Positions 29,600 to 38,988 of a stretch of DNA of 64,000 nucleotides are shown in pieces. Numbering within the stretch: position 1 is the stretch's first letter; every line of letters begins with the position of its first letter. This stretch comes from an uncultured Gammaproteobacteria bacterium (GTDB taxonomy: Bacteria > Patescibacteriota > Microgenomatia > 2-02-FULL-39-11): positions 37,837-101,836 of the forward strand of contig CAYUNW010000001.1 of NCBI GenBank assembly GCA_964446235.1, given 5' to 3'. The notes beneath the pieces are model-generated. The model worked only from the letters and a program-made list of their open reading frames with translations. It made no database searches and was not told the DNA's origin. The position numbers and the translations under genes are program-made.

Positions 29600-30369
29600 A
29601 AAATGTTAGATATATCATTGTCCATAAAAGAATCGGTCAAACTCCTTATGAACGTATCATTGAATTTAAAAAAGAATATACTTCATACAAAAACATAACA
29701 ATAAGTTACGCCGGTCGGCTGGATCCTATGGCAAGAGGAAAACTGTTACTACTTATAGGTGATGAAAACAAAAAAAGACATATTTATGAAAAATTAGATA
29801 AAAGTTATTATTTCAATATTCTCTTTGGAATCTCAACGGACAGTTTAGATATTTTAGGAATTGTTAAACATGTAAAAAATTACCCGAAAATCCACATAAA
29901 TACGCTTAAAGAAACACTAGATCATGTTAAAAAATCAAAATGGCAAATTCCCCCTAAATTTTCTTCCGTATATTATCGAGGCAAACCATTGTATTTCTGG
30001 GCAAAAAATTATCCGGAAAAATATCTTAAAATAAACACGAGAAAAATAAAAATATATAAATTTGATCTCGTGAAATTATTCTTTATAAACTCAAAAGAAT
30101 TGGAAAAAACGATTTATAAAAATGTTTGGAAAGTTCACGGTGATTTTCGACAAAATGAAATTATAAAAAGTTGGAAGGCATTTTTCAGAACAAATAAAGC
30201 TATACGCTTTCCTGTCGTAAAATTACATACGATCTGCTCTTCAGGAACTTATATCAGATCAATTGCAAATGACATCGGAAAAAAAATGAATATTCCAACA
30301 TTAACCTTAAATATCAACCGTACAAAAATCCACATTCCCAAAAAAGTCAATTGCACAATAAACAATTAA
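29596..30369 (+). CDS. TruB-family tRNA pseudouridine synthase
   Basis: AGRLDPMARGKLLLLIGDENKKRHIYEKLDKSYYFNILFGISTDSLD matches the TruB catalytic-Asp motif (GTLDP) and the KxY...G..TDT.D region. 4-nt overlap with elp3. Confidence 0.7.
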   Translation: MKNVRYIIVHKRIGQTPYERIIEFKKEYTSYKNITISYAGRLDPMARGKLLLLIGDENKKRHIYEKLDKSYYFNILFGISTDSLDILGIVKHVKNYPKIHINTLKETLDHVKKSKWQIPPKFSSVYYRGKPLYFWAKNYPEKYLKINTRKIKIYKFDLVKLFFINSKELEKTIYKNVWKVHGDFRQNEIIKSWKAFFRTNKAIRFPVVKLHTICSSGTYIRSIANDIGKKMNIPTLTLNINRTKIHIPKKVNCTINN

Positions 30370-30387
30370 ACTTTATACTTTTAGCTA

Positions 30388-31290
30388 ATGTCCGATGATA
30401 TCTATGTTGCTTTTTCCGATGAAAAGGTTGTATCAAAAAATTACAAACAGGATGAAGATATTACTATTTGGAAAAAGATAGTTCTTGGAAAATTTATTGT
30501 ACTTCCTATAGTTACTATCATTGTTATCATTTTATCGGGTTCAATTTTATTTTTATCTTCAAAAAAACAACCACCAAAGATTATTGATTCAAAAAATATT
30601 AAAAATTTTCAGGCAAGTCCTACGGAAACGGAAAATCTTATAAAAGGAGAACTGATATGCCTGCAAGACGACAAGATTTTATATAAAACCGATTGTCAAA
30701 AAGCATTAAAAACCGAAAGTGGTGAAATCAAAAAAATTCAAGCCGATGAAAAAATTATAAAAGCACTCGATAAAATATCAACAGGAAGCGCTATTGTTCT
30801 GAAAAAAGACAACCAAAAAACTGTCAAAAACCAAAAAGAAGATATTGTATTTATAAGCTCAATAAAAAAAATCGAGAACAACCTTATAAAAAGTAAAGTC
30901 GATTATAAAAAAGATGATTTGGACAATCCGTCTTCAAAAATACCAACTGTTACTCCTACTTTTTCCCCCACTCCCACCCCATGGGACCCGCCTAATATTA
31001 TAGACATCATCAACAACAAAGACGATTTGGAAGGTGACAATGTGGAAGTAATCGGTTATCTGATAAACGGAAATATAGGTGAAGAAGCATGCACCTATAT
31101 GCAACAATGTGATTATTCTACAATTATTGTCAACCAAACCCCTGGAATTATAAGAGATTTCCAATATGACGTTACTGCAAAAATGAGTATTTCTGAAAAA
31201 GAAACGGATTATGTCATCGGCCAGAAAGTGAAATTTACAGCAAAAGTATTATTGGAAAACAATGAAGTGATTTTGGAAAAAATTTATTAA
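30388..31290 (+). CDS. hypothetical membrane-anchored protein with Pro/Thr-rich linker and C-terminal beta-rich domain
   Basis: N-terminal TM, PTVTPTFSPTPTPWDPP linker. No motif recognised. Confidence 0.4.
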   Translation: MSDDIYVAFSDEKVVSKNYKQDEDITIWKKIVLGKFIVLPIVTIIVIILSGSILFLSSKKQPPKIIDSKNIKNFQASPTETENLIKGELICLQDDKILYKTDCQKALKTESGEIKKIQADEKIIKALDKISTGSAIVLKKDNQKTVKNQKEDIVFISSIKKIENNLIKSKVDYKKDDLDNPSSKIPTVTPTFSPTPTPWDPPNIIDIINNKDDLEGDNVEVIGYLINGNIGEEACTYMQQCDYSTIIVNQTPGIIRDFQYDVTAKMSISEKETDYVIGQKVKFTAKVLLENNEVILEKIY

Positions 31291-32462
31291 ATTCTTGCCG
31301 GAAAGATAAAAAGTTCCTCAGTTGCTCTAGTAACGGCTGTATAAAGCCATCTTTGCCTTTCACTATCATTCATTTTCGCAAATTTTTCCTCAAAAAGAAT
31401 TACTTTCCGAGACTGACTTCCTTGTGCTTTATGCACTGTCAAAGCATAACCGAAATCAAATAAATCACCTTGTAGAATTTCCCTTCTCTTTTGGGTAAAG
31501 TTCAATGATGTATCGCTATTAAATTGCTTAACCGATATCAAACCGGTAAAAACATCTTCCTCCCCATCCATAGAGATTTCTGCCAAATACCAATTTTCAT
31601 CTCTTGATGAGATACTTCTGATACTGCCCAGCATGCCATTGAATATTGACTTTTTATGGTTATTTCTCAAACATATCACTCTATCAGTAATCATTGGAAA
31701 ATCTTTATAGAAACCTAATGACTGCCTGATATAATTATTTAATTTTTTTCTGGTACTGTTGTAACCGCATAAAACCAATGTGTCCTGTTGATAATTTGCC
31801 AAAATTTCCTCTAATGTACTCTGTAAATCATAATTATCTTTGGTAAATTTTATAATTTTTTTTCCATATTCACCTGATTTGATTTGGCCATTTTCTCTGG
31901 CTTGAATGGATATTTGGATTATCGGATTATCTCGTGCTTGCCGATGAATCTGTTCAAGCCGCAAATCAGGATCCTCCATCAGATTAAAATTGTCATTTAT
32001 CGGTGGCAACTGCCCATGATCTCCTATGGCAATTATCGGAACTTTATAACTTAACAGATGATTCCATATATTTTTATCTACCATCGAAGCTTCATCAATA
32101 ATTATCAAATCCCTTTCGATTTTTTCCTTCAACTGCCAACCGATTATTTCATCCCTTTCATTGCAAATCGGTGAATATATCAGTGAATGTATCGTGCTCA
32201 CAGTGTCTTTATCAATTATGGCTTTGTTTTCCTTAAGTTTAGACTGTAATACACGTGATGCTTTACCGGTAAAACTGACAAAACCAACTTTAAGTTTGGG
32301 GGTAATTTTTTTCAACTCTTTCCTTAACACGGTAATCAAAGTAGTTTTTCCGGTACCGGCATAACCACCTAAAGTGATGTATTTTTTATCGTGTCTGTCA
32401 TGAGAATACCATTCTAATAAATCACTAATGGCTGTTTCTTGGTCTTTGGATAAATTTATCAT
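31287..32462 (-). CDS. RecD/Dda-like SF1 DNA helicase (AAA_30 + UvrD_C_2)
   Basis: Walker A GGYAGTGKTT, DEASM Walker B, C-terminal TVHKAQGSQ and AVTRA motifs. 391 aa, Dda-like size. Confidence 0.75.
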   Translation of the reverse strand: MINLSKDQETAISDLLEWYSHDRHDKKYITLGGYAGTGKTTLITVLRKELKKITPKLKVGFVSFTGKASRVLQSKLKENKAIIDKDTVSTIHSLIYSPICNERDEIIGWQLKEKIERDLIIIDEASMVDKNIWNHLLSYKVPIIAIGDHGQLPPINDNFNLMEDPDLRLEQIHRQARDNPIIQISIQARENGQIKSGEYGKKIIKFTKDNYDLQSTLEEILANYQQDTLVLCGYNSTRKKLNNYIRQSLGFYKDFPMITDRVICLRNNHKKSIFNGMLGSIRSISSRDENWYLAEISMDGEEDVFTGLISVKQFNSDTSLNFTQKRREILQGDLFDFGYALTVHKAQGSQSRKVILFEEKFAKMNDSERQRWLYTAVTRATEELFIFPARI

Positions 32463-32492
32463 TTATATTTTGAGGTATTAATTTTTTTAATT

Positions 32493-32566
32493 TGGCTGCG
32501 GGATAGGGATTCGAACCCCAATAAACAGATTCAGAGTCTGCTGTCCTACCATTAGACGATCCCGCA
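32493..32566 (-). tRNA. tRNA-Gln (anticodon CUG), CCA encoded
   Basis: Manual fold of the minus-strand sequence. Acceptor TGCGGGA/TCCCGCA, U8, D-stem GTCT/GGAC with A14 and G18G19, anticodon stem GCAGA/TCTGT with loop CUCUGAA (U33, CUG, A37), T-arm TGGGG-TTCGAAT-CCCTA, then G-CCA. Confidence 0.8.
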
Positions 32567-32720
32567 ATATATAATCACCAATGAGAAATCACCAATCAAC
32601 AAATAATATGCTGCAGATATTTTACCAAATTCAAAGAAATTTATATCATCATATGTGAATTCTTTGTATTGATAATTTACTTTTAGGAACTTATAATTTG
32701 AAAAATACAAAAGACTATTT

Positions 32721-33188
32721 ATGAAGAAAAATCTGCAATACCTACAAACCATTATTCTATTTTCCGGAACCATATTTGCCTGGTATACGGTTTATAATGA
32801 TTTTGCTAGATTTTTAGGAATTTATAAAACCATTTTTCATTTTGAAAATTGTATCGTCCCCAATCCATTAACAACACCTTGTTTTTATGGAGCTATTGGT
32901 TTTCTTGTAGCTTTTGTCTGGTCGGTTAAAATTTTGAAAATGAAGGAAACAAAAGCGGAGAAGTGGCAAAAATATTTATTTATTTTTCTGATTACTGGAA
33001 CAATTTTCGGATGGAGTAATTTCTTATTTGAACTATATAAATTTTACTCCACAAACACCGGACCGAAAACTTCATGTTCGGGAATACCTACTGATAATCC
33101 TTTTTATACACCATGCTTTTACGGATCAGTGCTGTACCTACTATCTTTAATTTCTTCATTTTTTACTAATAAATCCTTTTCAAAATAG
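32721..33188 (+). CDS. hypothetical 4-TM membrane protein with internally duplicated Cys-containing loop motif (TPCFYG)
   Basis: Two repeats, each with a Cys followed by (T/Y)TPCFYG (ENCIVPNPLTTPCFYGAIGFL and TSCSGIPTDNPFYTPCFYGSVLYL). Confidence 0.45.
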   Translation: MKKNLQYLQTIILFSGTIFAWYTVYNDFARFLGIYKTIFHFENCIVPNPLTTPCFYGAIGFLVAFVWSVKILKMKETKAEKWQKYLFIFLITGTIFGWSNFLFELYKFYSTNTGPKTSCSGIPTDNPFYTPCFYGSVLYLLSLISSFFTNKSFSK

Positions 33189-33226
33189 ATTCTTTTGATG
33201 TTAGACTACTAATATACAACTGAGTT

Positions 33227-34081
33227 ATGAAATTCCGTTCGTTTATAAATAATCCCGTTATCTTAGTTACGATATTATTTTTATTTTTCCAGTTACTCAT
33301 TGCATATCCAAATAATAAAAAACAATTAGTGAATGTTTACAATTCTAACGATTTAATCTATACATCCCCAGAATTAAAAAATGAAACTAATCCACAAGAT
33401 ATAACCGGGTTTCCTGTAAAAACAGATATCCCTATAACTACCATCGAGATTACTGAACCATCACAAAATCAAAACGAGGATGAAATTTATCAAGTAATTA
33501 GAGTGATAGATGGAGATACTATAGAACTGGCAGACGGGAGAAAATTGCGTTATATAGGAATAGATGCTCCGGAAACCAACGATCCCAGAAAAAGTATCCA
33601 GTGTTTCGGTCGTGAAGCTTATGAGAAAAATCGACAGTTAGTAGAAAACCAATATATCAGGCTGGAGAAAGATATTAGCGAAGTAGATAAATACGGCAGA
33701 TTACTAAGATTTGTTTATATTGATAATATCTTCATTAATGATTATCTGGTTAGAGAAGGCTTCGCTTATGCTTCTACATATCCTCCGGATGTAAAATATC
33801 AGAATATTCTTATAGAAGCTCAACGCGAAGCTCAAGAATTTAAACGTGGTTTATGGAACGCATGTCAGAATGTTCAAGGAATAAATATCACCCAAACAAA
33901 TTCTCAAGAACAAAACACTTTAAATAACTTTATCTGTAACTGCCAAAAAAGCTGCAGTCAGATCACCTCCTGTGATGAAGCGCTATTCCAACTGAATAAT
34001 TGTGGTTGTATAGCCCGGGACGGCGATCATGACGGCATCGCCTGTGACGGTAAACCCCTTTTTTGTGAGAAAAATTTATAG
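33227..34081 (+). CDS. secreted thermonuclease (SNase fold) with C-terminal Cys-rich Excalibur-like calcium-binding motif
   Basis: Signal/TM, then VIRVIDGDTIEL...RYIGIDAPE SNase motifs. C-terminal DGDHDGIACDG. Confidence 0.75.
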   Translation: MKFRSFINNPVILVTILFLFFQLLIAYPNNKKQLVNVYNSNDLIYTSPELKNETNPQDITGFPVKTDIPITTIEITEPSQNQNEDEIYQVIRVIDGDTIELADGRKLRYIGIDAPETNDPRKSIQCFGREAYEKNRQLVENQYIRLEKDISEVDKYGRLLRFVYIDNIFINDYLVREGFAYASTYPPDVKYQNILIEAQREAQEFKRGLWNACQNVQGINITQTNSQEQNTLNNFICNCQKSCSQITSCDEALFQLNNCGCIARDGDHDGIACDGKPLFCEKNL

Positions 34082-34369
34082 ACTGGGCGGTTTAAGGTTT
34101 TTGATAGTATCCAGTGACTTAGTAACGTTTTCCAGTTGACCCAACATCGGTGTGATAATTGGTGATATGTATCTTATAAAAATCATTGTAGTAACAATCA
34201 AAAATACTATATACAAAATTATATTCCCCAAAGCTCTTGAAAAACCTGCCAGGAAATTTTTCCAAAAAATCTCCATTGCCGAAGCGTCGTAAATTGTTTT
34301 GGTAGCGTTAACTATATCCTGTTTTGGATTATTTTGATTTATAAGTTTTTGAATATCAATATCGGACAT
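34076..34369 (-). CDS. hypothetical small membrane protein
   Basis: 97 aa, one long hydrophobic segment. No motif. Confidence 0.35.
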   Translation of the reverse strand: MSDIDIQKLINQNNPKQDIVNATKTIYDASAMEIFWKNFLAGFSRALGNIILYIVFLIVTTMIFIRYISPIITPMLGQLENVTKSLDTIKNLKPPSL

Positions 34370-34377
34370 TATTTCAA

Positions 34378-35727
34378 TTATACAATTTTGATTATAGAGT
34401 TTATATATTTATGTATATCGAATTTTTTTGCGCATCCTGATACGGACATATATCTAACCATTCCAAATACCGGACGTTCAAACCACGGCCTGTCATGTAC
34501 CCCACCTATAGACCAAGCTATCCCGGCGTAACCGTTGGGATCCCTGCCGTCAAGGGAATACCTATCGTTAAGATAGGTGGCAATATCCATTGCTTCCTCC
34601 GGATACTGGGTCCATTCTAATATCTTTTTTGCCCAATACATCCTCATATATCCATGCATTTTACCCTTCAATACCATTTCTTTTTGGGCTGCATTCCATA
34701 GCTTATCGTGAGTAACTGCATTTTCAAAATCTTGTCTAGAATATTGATACTCCCTTTTGTCATTCTGATGAAACTTCAAAGAATTTATAGACCATAATGG
34801 AAAAGCCGTAAATGAATCGTAATCATCTGTATAATAACAATAGTTATCAGCTAACTCCTTGCGAATAATCAGCTCTTCCAAAAAAACTGCTTTTGCTTTT
34901 TTTGCAGTCGATAAGCTACTAATTTGCATAGCTATACGCTGAGCGGATATCTGGCCAAAATGAAGATAAGGGGAAAAATTAGACAAACCGTCAGAATTTG
35001 GATCATTTTTATCTTCTGAGTATCTGTCAAGTTTTTTTGAAATGAACTTATGAAATATTTTGACTGATTGCGCTTCCCCAGCTTTTAACCAGGATATTTT
35101 TTTTACTTTTTCATCTACTTTTATTTGCCCTCTAAGTTTTTGCCAGTCATTTACAGAAATGTGCCCATTGTAATTTTGTTTACCCAATTTGGGAAATTCC
35201 ACCAGATATTTATCCAATCTATTCAAAATTTTCGGTCTGATTGTAAAGGCAGCATATTCTCTTTTTTGCGACACCTGCCAGACAGGTACGATATTATGAC
35301 TGTCAACCACTGTCATATTACAATAGATTTTGTTTTTGATATCATCAAGCCATAATTTATTTATCTTTAAAGGGAATAAATCAGTGACGAGCATTGATGC
35401 TTTTTTCAAATTAATAAATTTAGGAATTTCATTTAAAGGATCTCCAACCAAAAAGTGAAAAGGGATTTTAAGTTTCGATAAATCCTTTTCTGCTCCCTGT
35501 AATCCTTCCAGCATGAAATCCAACATTCTTGCTGTTCCGAAGAATTTATTTAGATTTGGCCGAAGACAAAAAACTACCTCCACATAAGTTGATCTTTCAG
35601 AGGCTTCTTCCAATGCATAAATCAGACTCCAATTATCTTTAACTCTATGCTCTCTTGTCATCCAATAAATTATTGGTCCTTGTTTATTTATATTCTTTTT
35701 TAATTCCAACGCTCTACCTTTATCCAT
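34378..35727 (-). CDS. phr: deoxyribodipyrimidine photolyase, class II CPD type
   Basis: IYWMTREHRVKDNWSLIYA N-terminal signature of class II photolyases. FAD-binding C-terminal region. Confidence 0.75.
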   Translation of the reverse strand: MDKGRALELKKNINKQGPIIYWMTREHRVKDNWSLIYALEEASERSTYVEVVFCLRPNLNKFFGTARMLDFMLEGLQGAEKDLSKLKIPFHFLVGDPLNEIPKFINLKKASMLVTDLFPLKINKLWLDDIKNKIYCNMTVVDSHNIVPVWQVSQKREYAAFTIRPKILNRLDKYLVEFPKLGKQNYNGHISVNDWQKLRGQIKVDEKVKKISWLKAGEAQSVKIFHKFISKKLDRYSEDKNDPNSDGLSNFSPYLHFGQISAQRIAMQISSLSTAKKAKAVFLEELIIRKELADNYCYYTDDYDSFTAFPLWSINSLKFHQNDKREYQYSRQDFENAVTHDKLWNAAQKEMVLKGKMHGYMRMYWAKKILEWTQYPEEAMDIATYLNDRYSLDGRDPNGYAGIAWSIGGVHDRPWFERPVFGMVRYMSVSGCAKKFDIHKYINSIIKIV

Positions 35728-35764
35728 ATTGAGACATAAATTACTTATCTGTATACTAATCCAA

Positions 35765-36193
35765 ATGAGTATTAAATTAAAGAATGGTTCAAAACTTGAT
35801 TATGACCAGGTGGTCGAAATATTTTTCTCAAACGGTTTTTTGCAGTTTAAAGATAAAAGAGATGAATATAAAAAATCGATAATAACAGCTTTTTCCAATT
35901 CCCAATTCATCGTTAGCGCCTGGGAAGATAAAGAGTTAGTAGGTTTTGCAAGAGTGCTATCCGATAAGGAAATATTTGCCACTATTTGGAATCTGATGGT
36001 GAAAAAACAATACCAGGGACTGGGTATCGGTAGTAAATTGATACAAAAATGTCTTGAAAAATATCCCAATGCCGTTTATTTCCTTTTTGCTTCCAAAGAG
36101 ACGGAGAAATTTTATGAGAAATTGGGTTTTCAAAAACACTCTTTCGGTATGGCTACACAAATTAGAAAAGCTGTCTGTTCGATATACACCTGA
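35765..36193 (+). CDS. GNAT-family N-acetyltransferase (start moved to the internal Met MSIKLKNG)
   Basis: Acetyl-CoA motif A QGLGIGSKL. Confidence 0.65.
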   Translation: MSIKLKNGSKLDYDQVVEIFFSNGFLQFKDKRDEYKKSIITAFSNSQFIVSAWEDKELVGFARVLSDKEIFATIWNLMVKKQYQGLGIGSKLIQKCLEKYPNAVYFLFASKETEKFYEKLGFQKHSFGMATQIRKAVCSIYT

Positions 36194-36194
36194 A

Positions 36195-36617
36195 TTATTT
36201 TGATACTGCGATAACTATTGCCCCTAAAGTCATCAGTGACGTTCCGATAATAATTCCCAAGCTGATTTTTTCACGTAAAATCAAACCCGCTAAAATTATT
36301 GTGAAAACCAAGCTTAATTTATCTATTGGAGCTACCTGTGAAGCGCTACCGATTTGCAATGCCCGAAAATAAAAAAGCCAGGAAAGTCCGGTGGCGATTG
36401 CTGAAAGAAAAAGAAAAAACAAAGTGTATCCGCTTATCTGGGTAATTTTATTTTGCGTACCTTGAAATAACACTATTCCCCAAGTAATGACAAGTATGAA
36501 TGATGTTCTGATGGCTGTAGCCAAATTGGAGTCGATATCTTTTATACCGATTTTTGCCAAAATCGCGGTAAGAGCGGCAAAAACAGCACTTAATAATGAA
36601 AATATCAGCCATTGCAT
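36195..36617 (-). CDS. small 4-TM EamA/DMT-like transporter
   Basis: 140 aa, 4 hydrophobic helices. Confidence 0.5.
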   Translation of the reverse strand: MQWLIFSLLSAVFAALTAILAKIGIKDIDSNLATAIRTSFILVITWGIVLFQGTQNKITQISGYTLFFLFLSAIATGLSWLFYFRALQIGSASQVAPIDKLSLVFTIILAGLILREKISLGIIIGTSLMTLGAIVIAVSK

Positions 36618-36682
36618 ACTACAAAACTATTTTAACAAAATATCAGAGAAATTTCGCTGTTTAGATTAGAATATATATTAGT

Positions 36683-37732
36683 ATGAAAAAATTAAAATAT
36701 TTGCTGATTTTTTTATTAATATTTCTTACAGTTATTATAAGTATAGGAATTAAAAAAATATCCAAAGAGAAGAAAAAAATCCAAGAAATAAAAATTGAGG
36801 TAAGAAAAGAGAAACCTGTATTAAAAAATTTGAACATTCAAGATTTTTTCGACAATCAAATCCCTAACGAAAAAGCTATGATAACAATGATCGTTACCGG
36901 AGATGTGATACCTGCCAGAAGCGTAAATATGCAAAGTGTCAAAAAAAATAACTTCCTTTGGCCTTATGAACAAATTGGAACTTTTTTGTCTTCATCAGAT
37001 ATTACTTTTATAAACCTGGAGTCACCAATAGTTAAAAATTGTCCTCCAACCGATGAAGGAATGATATTTTGTTCTGATGAAAAATCCATAGAAGGATTGC
37101 TTTTTGCCGGGGTGGATATTGCTAGCCTTGCTAACAATCATATCGCAAATTACGGTTACGAAGGTATTGATAATACACTCAATCTACTCAACGGAAAAAG
37201 CATCAAACATTGCGGTGTCGATAACAGTGACTCGATAATCTCAATAAAAGGTGTAAATTTGGGCTTTTCTTGTTTTAACCAAATCGGTAATTGGCAGCAT
37301 GTCAGCCATGCAGAAGAAGCAAATATCACCCAGGTCTTGCAGAATCTTGAAAAAACATCAGATTTACAGATATTGATGTTCCATTGGGGCGAAGAATATA
37401 CCAGTCAACCAACAGACAGACAAAAACAACTGGCTTATTTTGCTATAGACAATGGAGCGGACTTGATAATCGGTAATCATCCTCATTGGATACAGCCGTT
37501 GGAAATTTACAAAAACAAACTTATTTTATATGCATTGGGTAATTTCATATTCGACCAGATGTGGAGTGAAGAAACCAAAGAAGGTATTGTTACAAAAATA
37601 TATTTAGATAAAAATCAAATACATGATATCGAGCTATTCCCTATATATATAGAAAATTACGGTCAAGTCAATTTTGCAAATGAAGAAAAATCACAAAAAA
37701 TACTCAATGCCTTGAAAAAAATTTCTTCTTAA
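36683..37732 (+). CDS. CapA/PGA_cap family metallophosphatase-fold protein
   Basis: GDVIPAR, ANNH and GNHPHWIQP motifs. Confidence 0.75.
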   Translation: MKKLKYLLIFLLIFLTVIISIGIKKISKEKKKIQEIKIEVRKEKPVLKNLNIQDFFDNQIPNEKAMITMIVTGDVIPARSVNMQSVKKNNFLWPYEQIGTFLSSSDITFINLESPIVKNCPPTDEGMIFCSDEKSIEGLLFAGVDIASLANNHIANYGYEGIDNTLNLLNGKSIKHCGVDNSDSIISIKGVNLGFSCFNQIGNWQHVSHAEEANITQVLQNLEKTSDLQILMFHWGEEYTSQPTDRQKQLAYFAIDNGADLIIGNHPHWIQPLEIYKNKLILYALGNFIFDQMWSEETKEGIVTKIYLDKNQIHDIELFPIYIENYGQVNFANEEKSQKILNALKKISS

Positions 37733-37745
37733 AATTTCCAGAAAG

Positions 37746-38024
37746 TTATTTCTTAGTCGATTTCTTCTTAGTCGAGGTTTTTTTCATTGTTTTCTGCTCT
37801 GGTTTATCGGAAAATTCTTCATCAATTTCACCATCTAGTTCTTCGTCAGGAGTCATCAAGATAGAAAATAAAATAAACCCGGCAAATACAGGCATTATCA
37901 AAGTAAATCTGGTCACTTCGTCTTTTACAAAAATCAATACACCTACAGCCAATAAAATAGAAACAAGGGCTGCCCAAACTATCGCTTTATTGTTTTTATA
38001 TACATTACTCCACCACTTTTGCAT
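37746..38024 (-). CDS. hypothetical small membrane protein with acidic then Lys-rich tail
   Basis: 2 TM, then TPDEELDGEIDEEF and KKTSTKKKSTKK. Confidence 0.35.
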   Translation of the reverse strand: MQKWWSNVYKNNKAIVWAALVSILLAVGVLIFVKDEVTRFTLIMPVFAGFILFSILMTPDEELDGEIDEEFSDKPEQKTMKKTSTKKKSTKK

Positions 38025-38115
38025 ATTTATCTCCTTATAATAATCAATATTATACTATCCATATCCTAAAGAAAGAGAGTATAATTGTCAAGATTATCAA
38101 TTTTTAAGTTTATTT

Positions 38116-38985
38116 ATGAAAGCAGGTATAGTAGCTATCATTGGCAGACCTAACGGAGGAAAATCAACTTTACTCAATAACATTATCGGCCAGAAGGTCA
38201 GTATCACCTCACCAAAACCTCAAACCACAAGATTTCCGGTTTATGCATTGTATGAAGATGAAAGAGGCCAAATAGTTTTCATAGACACTCCTGGAGTATT
38301 TGCAAAATCTGAAGATTTGTTATCCAAAATAATTAACCCATTAGCAGAAAAATCTCTCAAGGAAAATATTGATGTAGTAATCTACGTAACTGACCCTACC
38401 AGACCAAGAGATATCGAAGACAATAAATCTCTGGGAATCGTCAGAAAATTCAAACTACCGAAAATTCTAGTTTATAATAAATCAGACATCAAACATCCGT
38501 CATATTTACCCCACTATAAATTCTTGGAAGTAGAATTTGAAAAATCACTTCATATATCAGCATTACAACATTCAAATATAAATTTATTGCTAGACAGCAT
38601 TTTTGATTATCTACCGGAAAGGAAAAAACCTTTATACGAAAATAAAGGTCCTAGTCCGCTTATAAATTTTGATAGTAAAGCGTTTATTGCAGAAATTATC
38701 CGGGAAAAAACATTTTTGTTTCTCAGAAAAGAATTACCTTATAGTCTAACATCTATTGTCGACGAAATTACCGAAAGAAACGAAAAATTACTTATCATAA
38801 ACGCCAAGATAATCACTAATAACGACAGATATAAAAAAATGATAATCGGTGAAAAAGGACGCATGATTAAAGAGATCGGATCTGCTGCCAGAAAGGAACT
38901 GGAAGTTGCTACTAATAAAAAAGTATATCTGGATATAACGGTGGAAGTGGATACACATTGGATGGAAAAATATTTAAAATACTAA
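38116..38985 (+). CDS. era: GTPase Era
   Basis: G1 GRPNGGKST, G3 DTPG, NKSD, and a C-terminal KH domain. Confidence 0.9.
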   Translation: MKAGIVAIIGRPNGGKSTLLNNIIGQKVSITSPKPQTTRFPVYALYEDERGQIVFIDTPGVFAKSEDLLSKIINPLAEKSLKENIDVVIYVTDPTRPRDIEDNKSLGIVRKFKLPKILVYNKSDIKHPSYLPHYKFLEVEFEKSLHISALQHSNINLLLDSIFDYLPERKKPLYENKGPSPLINFDSKAFIAEIIREKTFLFLRKELPYSLTSIVDEITERNEKLLIINAKIITNNDRYKKMIIGEKGRMIKEIGSAARKELEVATNKKVYLDITVEVDTHWMEKYLKY

Positions 38986-38988
38986 AAC

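Noticed and set aside
31287-32462. Dda-like helicase as evidence of a prophage or integrative element
   Set aside because: No integrase, terminase, capsid or repeat boundaries were seen. The flanking genes are tRNA-modification and housekeeping genes in tight operon spacing. Kept only as a low-interest note.
32572-32595. Short direct repeat AATCACCAAT x2 just 5' of the tRNA-Gln gene
   Set aside because: Only about 10 bp and AT-rich, with no matching copy found near the helicase end. Insufficient to call an att site or repeat element.
32552-32773. 73-aa minus-strand ORF
   Set aside because: Its 3' part overlaps the manually folded tRNA-Gln, and the rest is AT-rich intergenic sequence. No SD or motif.
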